Origin: an uncultured Desulfospira sp.
Lineage (GTDB): Bacteria; Desulfobacterota; Desulfobacteria; Desulfobacterales; Desulfobacteraceae
Direction of reading: 5' to 3'
DNA: 64,000 bases
Assembly: GCA_963663165.1 (NCBI GenBank)
Contig: OY760175.1
Span: 5,600,001 to 5,664,000 of the forward strand
Positions 40,443 to 49,131 of the stretch are shown piece by piece. Made by a program: the position numbers and the translations under genes. The notes beneath the pieces were generated by a model. It saw only the letters and a list, made by a program, of their open reading frames with translations. It searched no databases and was not told the DNA's origin. Each line of letters starts with the position of its first letter. The first letter of the stretch is position 1.

Positions 40443-40976
40443 TTATGGGCTGGATGCGCTCACAAGGGCGCTTGTATAGACTTTGTTGAAATCAGGATAA
40501 ATCTCTCCGGTGGCTTTTAAAACCGCCTGATAATGTTCGTGGGTGGAGTGGTTCACATACATATAAACGGCCATTTCCTCTAAGTTGTTAAAGGATAAGT
40601 CCGAAGTTTCCTTGATATACTCCCAGCCGCCTGAAGCCTGAATGGCCATTTCTCTGCCAATGGCATCCCCTGCCATTCCCCCGAGAAAACCACCTAGAAA
40701 AGGGACTTGTTCCAACGCCTTGGCCCCGGCATAGGCCCCGGCTGTTTTGCCGATGGTTGATCCCATGCTGGCATTAACCGCTTTATCGGTCCATTCGCAC
40801 ATCACCCCATCTGAAGTATACGGGCACATATACTCCCCGGAATTATCCGCGATGGGCTCGGGGGCTTCCATTTCACTGGGTTGAGAAATATTCTGGGTGG
40901 CAACACAGCCGGCAAAAACAGATACCATGGCAACAAACAAAATGAAAAATCCTGCCTTAACACGTGAACAGCTCAT
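40443..40976 (-). CDS. Lipoprotein with glycine zipper
   Basis: Lipobox FAGC, GxxxG repeats. Confidence 0.7.
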   Translation of the reverse strand: MSCSRVKAGFFILFVAMVSVFAGCVATQNISQPSEMEAPEPIADNSGEYMCPYTSDGVMCEWTDKAVNASMGSTIGKTAGAYAGAKALEQVPFLGGFLGGMAGDAIGREMAIQASGGWEYIKETSDLSFNNLEEMAVYMYVNHSTHEHYQAVLKATGEIYPDFNKVYTSALVSASSP

Positions 40977-41265
40977 TTCTTTTTCTCCTTTTATCAAATT
41001 GGCATACAGTCTGGGTTTATATAAAAAACAAGCCGGTATAAGAAAATCGGTAAAACTGATGAAATTTGGCTTCCAGTTTTCTTTTTTAATGCTTCTGATT
41101 TTCTGAAAAAGGACTTCAAAAAATCCGATGCAACCGGTTTGATCTGTCCCGGCTGGTGGGCATCGTTTTTGTAGCTAATCAGCTGATGCTTAAAAATAAA
41201 CAAACCCAAGGGTCCGGGACTGTTTATTTGTGCTTCATATTTTTTGGCCAGGTTTTGGTAGCACG

Positions 41266-41315
41266 CTTTTGCTATGTGAGAAGACAGCGAAGATGGGGCA
41301 CTGCTGAACAGTTAC
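41266..41315. repeat. About 50-bp repeat ending in an IS66-like terminus (CTGAACAGTTAC); second copy at 60344-60400
   Basis: cttttgctatgtgagaag...agcgaagatggggcactgctgaacagttac in both copies. Confidence 0.75.
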
Positions 41316-41455
41316 CCGTTTTTTTATATTGCGTTATGATAAGCTGTTTGATATGAAGCGGACCTAATGTCAAGGATAGGGAAGCCTGCGTTTCATTGCC
41401 ATCGGGAAATGAGCGGGTCATGGTCATTATCCGTGATGGCAGCCAGGGGTTTTGC

Positions 41456-41944
41456 TTTCTGGCCTTAAATGCCACCATTGAGGCGGCCAGGGCTGGCGAA
41501 GCCGGTAAGGGATTTGCCGTTGTTGCCGGTGAAATAAAAGACCTGGCGCACCAGACCGCCCTGGCCACCCAGGAAATCAATGCCCGGATTTCCGAAGTCC
41601 AGGGAACCACCAGCGAATCCATTGAATCCATCAACGTCATTGTAGACGTGATCAATGAAATCGATACCATTGTCACCACCATTGCCGGGGTAATTGAAGA
41701 GCAGACCGCCACCACCCGGGAAATTGCCGATAATGTCAGCCAGGCCGCAGCCGGTCTCGGGGAAGTCAATGAAAATGTCAATAAATCCTCCACCGTTGCC
41801 GGGGAAGTAACCCAGGAAATCGCCAGCGTCAACGAGGCCACCAGCCACTTAGAGGACGGCAGCCGCCAGATCCTGGAAAGGTCCGGAGAACTCAGCGCCC
41901 TTGCCGAAAACCTTAAGTCAATGACGGCCCGGTTTAAAATATGA
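41456..41944 (+). pseudogene. C-terminal fragment of a methyl-accepting chemotaxis protein
   Basis: [23 protein letters not shown] with no upstream MCP sequence. Confidence 0.8.
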
Positions 41945-41996
41945 AAAAAGGGCGTTCCCAAATCCGGGCCGACTTTTCCGCCCCGAAATTTAAGGC

Positions 41997-44465
41997 TTAC
42001 GGGGCCGCGGCGTTTTCCGGCATCAGGGCCTGGATGCTCCGGACATAGGCAAGGGCCTGGGAGGCTTCCCTTCTGAGGGTGTCATCGGCCATGTCCTGGT
42101 TCAGGATATCCTGGAAAAGCCGGGTAGCCTGTTCCAGTTTGTCCTGTTTCATCAGGGCATAGGCCGCTTTGAGCCGGACCGGGGGCGTGTCGGCAAGGTC
42201 GGCGGCTTTTGAATAGGCCCTGGCACTGTCGTCATATTGGTGCATGAGAAAGGCAATATCCCCTATGGCCTCCCACCGCTGGGGGGTTTGTTCGGCTGAA
42301 ACAGCTGAGCGGGCCGCTTCAAGGGCTTTTTCGTACAGTCTGCCACTTAGATAGACATCCTTGATCTGGTCCCAGTCTTCGGGTTTGGGAGACGGGCCGG
42401 CCAGGGTTTGAAATATCCCGGCCGCCTTATCCGGTACCCCGGCCATCTGGTAATACTGGGCCAGGGCCTTTAGGGCGGCGTTATCATCGGGGTCCAGGCG
42501 GACCGCCACGGCCATGGCGGCCGCTGCCCTGGTATAATCGGCCTGTTCCCTGGCCACCCAGACCGCCAGTGTCCAGGCCTTTTTTTCAAGGGGAAAGGCT
42601 TCCAGCAGCCGGGACAATACCCCGTCGGCCTTCTGGGGCCGTTCCAGTTCCATGTTCAGCCGGACCAGAGACGAAAGCCAGGCATAGTCAGGCCCGGGCT
42701 TCTGGCAGAGAAATTCCAGAACCGGCAGGGCCTTCCGGGGCTGGTCCAAATTGAGCCACAGCAGGGCCCCCCGGTAACAGAGCCCGGAGGCTTCTGTGGA
42801 ATTGGCCAGCCGGGTCCGTTCCATGACGGTCAGGGCTTCCCTGTTTTGCCCGGTCTGGATCAGCCGGTCTGCCAATTCAATTAGCCAGCGCTGCTCTACC
42901 GGGTCCTTTGCCACACTCAGGCGGAGCAGGGCAATGGTTTTGGTCATGATTTTCTGGCTGTCCCCGCACTGGTGCCAGAGCATGGCGGCCCTGAAATAAT
43001 GCTTGCCTTCTTTGGAGATGCCGGCGGCCCGTTCCATGGCCTTAGCCGCATTAAGGGGCTGTTCCAGCAGCAGGTGGGTGTTGGAAAGGGTAATCAGCCA
43101 GACCGCTTTGGGAGAGGGACGGGCGGCCAGATGCTTGAGCAGCGGAAGGGCTTTGCCCGGTTTTTGCGCCTGAAGCCAGAGCTGGGATGCCCTGAAATAA
43201 TGCTCATCCTTTTTACTGATGGTGGCGGCCCGCTCCATGACCGGGGCGGCCTTGTTATAATTTTCTTTCATGACCCAGGCATTGGACAGGGCCACCAGCC
43301 ATTCGGCCTTGGGATGGGGAAGGGTCTCCAGAAATGTCAGCATTTTTAATGCCTTGTCCGGCTGCTTGAGCTGAAGCCGCATGACACCGGCCTGGTAGGC
43401 ATGTTCCGGTTTCCGGCTTAAGGAAAAGGCCGTTTCCATGGCCGGGGCGGCATTGGCATAATTGTCAGACATGGCCCATGCCTGGCTTAAGGCCACGAAC
43501 CAGTCGGCTTCAGGGTCAGGCAGTTTGACCAGTTTAAGCAAATGTTCCCGGGCCCTGGCCGGTTTTTCCAACTGGAGCCAGAGCACACCGGCGGTATAAA
43601 GGTTGGCCGGCGTCGGGTCCTGTGCCACGGCCCGGTCCATGGTCTTGGCCGCATCCAGGGTCCTGTCCAGGGCCAGATAGGTGTTGCACAGCAGCAGCAG
43701 CCAGTCTGTTTTAACGGTTTCTCGCTGGGCCAGGATTTCAAGGAGGGCCAGGGCCTGCCTGGGCTGGTCTGCCTCGGTCCAAAGCCAGGCCGCATGAAAG
43801 TAAAGGTTGGGATCATTGCCGGCCCGGGCCGCTTTTTCCATGGCCTGGGCCGTTTCTTTTTTCTGGTTTAACTCCCCCAGGACATTGGACAGGGCCACCA
43901 GCCAGTCGGATTTGGGGGAAGGCCGTTTTTCCAGGTCCCTGAGAAGGGGCAGGGCGCTTTTCGGGATTTTGGCTTCCATCCAGAACACCGCTGCTTGAAA
44001 GGTCAGATCCGGGTCTTTGGCCATGGCGGCGGCTTTTTCCATGGCGGCGGCCGCCGTCCGGATATCCCCGGCATCGTACAGGGCATTGGCCAGCAACTGC
44101 CGGCCCTGATTAAAACAGGGCGCCAGGTCTATGGCTTTTTTCAGATATGGCACCGCCTCTTTATACGACTTGGCCTGGTACAGAAAATAACCGATGTCAT
44201 AGGCAACATAGGCAAAGGATGGCTTTGGGTGTGCCTTGACAAATGAGATCAGGCTCCGGGCCGCTGCCTTGTACTCTTCCTTGTCTGCCAGGGCTTCAGC
44301 CGTTGTGACCGCCTCATGGAAGTCTGCAGGCAGGGTGGCCTGGATCTGGGGGCAGTCAGGAGAATCTTCAGCCTGCTCTGCCCCGGATACGGAACCAAAG
44401 CACAGGGTCAGCAGTGATATAAAAAGAACAATTATGCGGATAGTCTTCACGTTGGTTTCCTTCAA
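41997..44465 (-). CDS. Periplasmic TPR protein of the TonB operon
   Basis: Signal peptide, many TPR-like repeats. Confidence 0.85.
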   Translation of the reverse strand: MKETNVKTIRIIVLFISLLTLCFGSVSGAEQAEDSPDCPQIQATLPADFHEAVTTAEALADKEEYKAAARSLISFVKAHPKPSFAYVAYDIGYFLYQAKSYKEAVPYLKKAIDLAPCFNQGRQLLANALYDAGDIRTAAAAMEKAAAMAKDPDLTFQAAVFWMEAKIPKSALPLLRDLEKRPSPKSDWLVALSNVLGELNQKKETAQAMEKAARAGNDPNLYFHAAWLWTEADQPRQALALLEILAQRETVKTDWLLLLCNTYLALDRTLDAAKTMDRAVAQDPTPANLYTAGVLWLQLEKPARAREHLLKLVKLPDPEADWFVALSQAWAMSDNYANAAPAMETAFSLSRKPEHAYQAGVMRLQLKQPDKALKMLTFLETLPHPKAEWLVALSNAWVMKENYNKAAPVMERAATISKKDEHYFRASQLWLQAQKPGKALPLLKHLAARPSPKAVWLITLSNTHLLLEQPLNAAKAMERAAGISKEGKHYFRAAMLWHQCGDSQKIMTKTIALLRLSVAKDPVEQRWLIELADRLIQTGQNREALTVMERTRLANSTEASGLCYRGALLWLNLDQPRKALPVLEFLCQKPGPDYAWLSSLVRLNMELERPQKADGVLSRLLEAFPLEKKAWTLAVWVAREQADYTRAAAAMAVAVRLDPDDNAALKALAQYYQMAGVPDKAAGIFQTLAGPSPKPEDWDQIKDVYLSGRLYEKALEAARSAVSAEQTPQRWEAIGDIAFLMHQYDDSARAYSKAADLADTPPVRLKAAYALMKQDKLEQATRLFQDILNQDMADDTLRREASQALAYVRSIQALMPENAAAP

Positions 44466-44468
44466 GCA

Positions 44469-45260
44469 CTAATCTAATTTGAAGCGGATTTTGGTCTTCA
44501 GCCAAGCCTCCACAGCTTTCCCGTCTTTTCGGCCCGGTTTAAACCGCCATTTGCCCAGGGTTTTGATCACGGTATCGTCAAACACCCCGGGAGGCTCTGA
44601 CCCGGTGATGGTCAATTCTTTTACCGCTCCGGACCGGTCCACCAGGAATTTTACCGCGACAACCCCTTCGATGCCCCGGCGTTTGGCCCGGTAAGGGTAA
44701 ACTGGCTCAATCTGGGAAATCCGTTCCGGCTGCCGGTCCAGTTCATCGGAATTAAAGCGAATCCTTGGCGGTGCCAGTCGGGCAGGCGCCTTGGGCCGGG
44801 CCAGTTTGCCCGGCATAAGGGAACGGGCAAAATCCCGCTTAAATCCGGCCGGTCTGGCACGGACCGGGACCCCTTTGACCGACAGCGAGGAAAGGGTCGG
44901 GGTTTCAAATCCCAACGGCTGTGGGGCCATGTCCATGGGTTCCGGCGCCACCTGGTCGGGGGGCGGGGGCTCTGCCAGGTCCGGCGGCGGGATGTCCGGC
45001 AGCTCCGGTTCCGGGATGTCAATTTCAGGTTCCGGTTCCGGCGGCGGGGGTGGTTCCTTTTCTATGGGCGGTTCCATAAACGGCTCAGGGGCCTGGGCAA
45101 TCAGCCGGACCTGCCGGGCCAGAAAATCCCGGTGTCTGGCTGATGTGTGGTGCATGAGCAAGGGCAGAAGGGCCAGAACCGTCATGCCCAGAAAAGTGCC
45201 CAGCACCAGCAGAATGCCCCGGCGAAAGGGATGGGGTCTGATGGAAAGCACGGTATCCAT
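44469..45260 (-). CDS. tonB: TonB energy transducer
   Basis: TM helix, Pro/Glu-rich linker, PVYPYRAKRRGIEG, WRFKP. Confidence 0.9.
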   Translation of the reverse strand: MDTVLSIRPHPFRRGILLVLGTFLGMTVLALLPLLMHHTSARHRDFLARQVRLIAQAPEPFMEPPIEKEPPPPPEPEPEIDIPEPELPDIPPPDLAEPPPPDQVAPEPMDMAPQPLGFETPTLSSLSVKGVPVRARPAGFKRDFARSLMPGKLARPKAPARLAPPRIRFNSDELDRQPERISQIEPVYPYRAKRRGIEGVVAVKFLVDRSGAVKELTITGSEPPGVFDDTVIKTLGKWRFKPGRKDGKAVEAWLKTKIRFKLD

Positions 45261-45261
45261 G

Positions 45262-45699
45262 TTATTTCCCCGGCCGGGTGGCCGAGACCGCCACGTCTTT
45301 GGCACCGGCCAGGCGGCACTGATCCAGGACCGCCACCGTCCGGGCCGTGGGGCAGCCCCCGTCGGCATCAATGATCACCCCACCGTCGGGGTTTTCTGTT
45401 AAAAAGACCTCCACAAGGCCCCGTACCCGCCGCAGGTCGGTTTCCTGATTGTCGATATAAACCTTTCCCTCTTCAGTGACCCCGACCACCAGACCGATGG
45501 CCTCCTTGGACTGGGCCGTGGCCGCCTCGGGCCGGTTCACGGTAATGCCGGATTCCCGGACAAAGCTTGCCGTGACCAGGAAAAAGATGAGCAGAATAAA
45601 GATCATGTCGATCAGGGGCATCATGTTGATTTCCACATCATCGTTGGCAAGGGGATCGTCTAAACCGGTTCGGCTGCTTATTCGGTGCATTTTTGCCAC
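45262..45699 (-). CDS. exbD: ExbD/TolR
   Basis: INMMPLIDMIFILLIFFLVT. Confidence 0.92.
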   Translation of the reverse strand: MAKMHRISSRTGLDDPLANDDVEINMMPLIDMIFILLIFFLVTASFVRESGITVNRPEAATAQSKEAIGLVVGVTEEGKVYIDNQETDLRRVRGLVEVFLTENPDGGVIIDADGGCPTARTVAVLDQCRLAGAKDVAVSATRPGK

Positions 45700-46322
45700 T
45701 CCTTTTCAAGCCATTGCGATACGGCCTGGTGAAAAATCAGGATCTCCCGGTGGATGGCCTGGACCCGGCGGCGCATGACCTGGCCTGCCAGCAGGCCGGG
45801 GATGGCCACCAAAAGTCCGGCCTGGGTGGTAATCATGGCTTCTTTGATGCCCGAGGCCATGGCCTGGGCATTGCCCATGCCGAACAGTCCGATGACCCTG
45901 AAGGTCTCCACCATGCCGGTGACGGTCCCTAAAAGGCCTAACAGCGGGGCCGCCGCCGCCAGGACCATGATGGTGGGAATGTACCGGTAAAGGCTTCGGG
46001 TCTGCCGGCGGACCGCCACCTCAAAGAACAGACGGTCCGGCTCTCCGGTCACGGTTTTGGATTCTTTAAAGTGCATGTCCATGAAAAAGGCCAGTATTCC
46101 GGCCCTTGGGCAGCCGGTATCCGGCAGGATCTCTTTCTTTGATTCTAAAAATTCAAGGGCATCGGCCACCTTAAGGGTGTGGCGGCGAACCTGAAAGATC
46201 CAGTCGGCTTTAAGGACAATGAGAATCCACATCCAGACGGAAACCACCACAATGGGCAGCATAACCGGCCCGCCGGTTTCCACAATTTCCCAAATCCATA
46301 TTAATGTATTCATATCACTCAC
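45678..46322 (-). CDS. exbB: MotA/TolQ/ExbB proton channel
   Basis: APLLGLLGTVTGM, GIKEAMITTQAGL. Confidence 0.9.
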   Translation of the reverse strand: MSDMNTLIWIWEIVETGGPVMLPIVVVSVWMWILIVLKADWIFQVRRHTLKVADALEFLESKKEILPDTGCPRAGILAFFMDMHFKESKTVTGEPDRLFFEVAVRRQTRSLYRYIPTIMVLAAAAPLLGLLGTVTGMVETFRVIGLFGMGNAQAMASGIKEAMITTQAGLLVAIPGLLAGQVMRRRVQAIHREILIFHQAVSQWLEKEWQKCTE

Positions 46323-47770
46323 CCCTTATGGCCTGAACCGTTGGCCGCATGTTTGAGCAGCGCCGCCATAAGGGCCAGCCCCTTCTCTTCCATGTCCTGG
46401 GCCAGGGAATGGGCCCGCCGGCCCAGAAAGGCCGCCACCATCATCACGGGAATGGCCACGACAAGTCCTACCTGGGTGGTCACCATGGCCTCGCTGATGC
46501 CCCCGGCCATGAGCCGGGGATCCCCGGTGCCGTGGGTGGTGATGACCTGAAAGGTATTGATCATGCCGGTGACGGTCCCCAAAAGACCTAGAAGGGGTGC
46601 CACGGCCGCTGAGACCTTCAGGGCGGTAAGGAACCGCTCCAGCCTCGGGGTTTCTTTGAGAATGGCTTCGGACAGCCCGTTCTCAATGACCGTGCCGGCC
46701 TGGTCTTTTAATGCCAGCCCGGCCATGAGGACCCGGCCCGTGGGCCGGTTTTTATGGGGCAGGGTGGTGTTCAGAGCCCCTTTGAAATCTCCCTGGGCCA
46801 CCAGATCCGTGACCCGGGTCATGAGGGCGTCGGTGTTGTGGCGGACCCGGCCAAGGAATACCAGCCGTTCCAGGGTCAGGATCAGGGCCACGGCACCCAC
46901 CAGAAGGATGGGGATTACCAGGATGCCGCCGCTTTTGAGCTGCTCAACCTGGCTGACCTGCCGGGACAATTGCTGCACGGCAATGCCGCCGGAAATATCA
47001 ATGGGCACGGTTTGGCTTTCGTTTGACACAAACCGGTCCAGGGCCCGCTTGATCAAAAACGGCGGGGCCGCGCTCATCACCAGCCGGACCGAGGCCGGGG
47101 ACAGGGTCAGGTAGCCGGTTTCATCCTTTGTCTGGTAAAGGGCGGCCAGATGCCCTAACCGGGTGATATCGGCCTGAACGGTTTCACCGCTTCGGTCCAG
47201 CACCGGGCCTGTGTATTGATGCTGAGTTTTGGATGCGGCCATATCTTTGAAACAAAATTCAAAAAGGGTTTTAAGTTCGGCCATGCCCATTTGGGCACCC
47301 GGGGCCAGAAAGGATTTCAAGGTGGCCAGATGTTCCGGGTGTTCGGCACTGGCCGGGCTTTTTTCCGCCCTTCCCAAAAGGTTTCTGGCCGTATCCCGTA
47401 TGATGGCGTCCAGTTCCTCTTTCCTGGAAATCCGGTCAGAGATCTCTTTTGTCAAGGCATCCCGTTCACCGGATAACGCCTTTAATTTTGCATTGCCAAG
47501 GGCTACTTCCTGGCGGGCTCCGGTAAGCCCGGCTTCCAGGGTCCGGATTTCTTCGGCCAGCCGTGCCCGCTCATTTTTAATATCCTGAGCAGTGATTTTC
47601 CGATTTTCCAGGGAATGGGCATGGTCAGCATTTATTTCTCTGGCCACGCTTTGAAGGTCATTGGCCGGAAGGGCCCGGGCAGGCCCTGCCATAAGGCACG
47701 GAAGCATCAGCCCGGCAGCAAGTATACCAAAGGTTGCGGCCTTAATTGAGTTCACCACGGTCTCCTCCAT
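46319..47770 (-). CDS. Long ExbB-family protein (TtpC-like)
   Basis: Coiled-coil periplasmic N-terminus plus APLLGLLGTVTGMI. Confidence 0.85.
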   Translation of the reverse strand: MEETVVNSIKAATFGILAAGLMLPCLMAGPARALPANDLQSVAREINADHAHSLENRKITAQDIKNERARLAEEIRTLEAGLTGARQEVALGNAKLKALSGERDALTKEISDRISRKEELDAIIRDTARNLLGRAEKSPASAEHPEHLATLKSFLAPGAQMGMAELKTLFEFCFKDMAASKTQHQYTGPVLDRSGETVQADITRLGHLAALYQTKDETGYLTLSPASVRLVMSAAPPFLIKRALDRFVSNESQTVPIDISGGIAVQQLSRQVSQVEQLKSGGILVIPILLVGAVALILTLERLVFLGRVRHNTDALMTRVTDLVAQGDFKGALNTTLPHKNRPTGRVLMAGLALKDQAGTVIENGLSEAILKETPRLERFLTALKVSAAVAPLLGLLGTVTGMINTFQVITTHGTGDPRLMAGGISEAMVTTQVGLVVAIPVMMVAAFLGRRAHSLAQDMEEKGLALMAALLKHAANGSGHKG

Positions 47771-48590
47771 TTATCGGTTCGTGTCCTGCCAGGCTGTCGC
47801 CTTCTGGGAGGGGTTCATCCATTTTGGCCTCGGGCAGGTCCAGGGGCAGGTTGCTTAACCCGATAAGGCGGATGCCCTCGGCCATTTCAACGGCGTTGGA
47901 AAGATCTTTGGCCGACCCTTCCAGCGTGGTAAACTGGTTTGTTGACCGGTCCCAGACAAATCCGTTCCGGCCGTCAAGGGTGACGGCAAACAGGCCGATG
48001 CGGCCCACCCGCAGCAGTTTGACCTGCCTGGACTGTCCGTCTGCCGTGATTTCCTGCTCCTCAACGCCTACGGTATACCCAAGGTCCACCTCGCGGCTCA
48101 TTAAATCAAACATGGTCCGCGCTTTTGAAAGAAGACCCATGTCATAGTCATCCAGCACGGTCCGGGTCCGGGAAATGGCCTCCTTGCGCCGTTCCTGGTT
48201 TGCCGGTATGTCGGACATCACCAGGCGGTTCACCTGATCCAGGGTGGCATCCAGTACGGGTAACAATTCGAGTTCCACTTTTTTAATTTCAGCGGCCCGC
48301 TGGTTCAGGCCGGCAATTTTTTCCTCCAGTGTCTTGATAAACACAATGTTCTTTTCCTGCTGCCATTGGGCTTGTTTCAACTGGGATGACAAGGTTTCGA
48401 TCCGGTCCAGCATATCCTGTTTTTCCTGGGCCCAGTCTTCCACTAAATTCTGGGTACCCACGTCAATGCCGACGGTTTTTTCTGCGGTTTCTTTGACCCG
48501 GGTGGCTGAAGCGGTATGGGCTGAGACCCCTCCCGGCCAGGTTGAAACCAGCAATATCACAATACTGAGTATGGTTATACAGGTACGCAC
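47742..48590 (-). CDS. DUF3450-like periplasmic coiled-coil protein
   Basis: Signal peptide, LLRVGRIGL, first gene of the TonB operon. Confidence 0.75.
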   Translation of the reverse strand: MRTCITILSIVILLVSTWPGGVSAHTASATRVKETAEKTVGIDVGTQNLVEDWAQEKQDMLDRIETLSSQLKQAQWQQEKNIVFIKTLEEKIAGLNQRAAEIKKVELELLPVLDATLDQVNRLVMSDIPANQERRKEAISRTRTVLDDYDMGLLSKARTMFDLMSREVDLGYTVGVEEQEITADGQSRQVKLLRVGRIGLFAVTLDGRNGFVWDRSTNQFTTLEGSAKDLSNAVEMAEGIRLIGLSNLPLDLPEAKMDEPLPEGDSLAGHEPINGGDRGELN

Positions 48591-48683
48591 AAGACAAATC
48601 CTCCTGGGTTATGGTCTTTATTCGTTATGGGCCGGCCTTAGCGTTGATTATCAAGTCCGCCCGTGGCTGTTTGGGAAAAAGGC

Positions 48684-48731
48684 AAAAAAAGCCGGGAAAT
48701 TCCCATCCGCATCAATGGAAACCTTCCTGGC
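48684..48731 (-). terminator. Terminator-like hairpin plus T7 in the leader of the TonB operon
   Basis: gccaggaaggtttcca...tgggaatttcccggc ttttttt on the minus strand. Confidence 0.5.
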
Positions 48732-49131
48732 TTCGAATTCGAGGTATGATATTTGTGGGGAGTTATCCCCGGTGATAAGGATTGAGTTTAACCCTTAAGG
48801 CCGCTTCTGCGGTGATTAATGCCTGCTACTTATAATAAATCAAAAGCAAAAGTCAAGCCTGATTCGGCGGGAATGCAACTATGTACGACCACAGCCAAAC
48901 CATATGTCCCTTACGGGTAAAGATAATATCGCAAAAATATAAATGATCCTCCCCCACACAATATCCACAATACTTTTGTTATTGAATATTGTTTTGAAAT
49001 TGACTTGGACAACCGATCAGACTATCAATGCTCAGTCAATTTTATGTTCTATTAAATTGATTTCCGTTCTATCAAAGCGGACACAATATACAGTGGCTGA
49101 ATACTGTTACAGAAATACAATATTCTGAGCC

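Noticed and set aside
41258..41273. Sigma54 promoter TAGCACGCTTTTGCT
   Set aside because: Lacks the GG and the spacing is 9 rather than 10
15442..48798. Many overlapping antisense or alternative-frame ORFs within housekeeping genes
   Set aside because: Shadow ORFs typical of GC-rich coding DNA, without motifs or RBS
48684..48800. Cobalamin riboswitch upstream of the TonB operon
   Set aside because: Only AGCCAGGA resembles the 3' part; the conserved B12 box and core are absent
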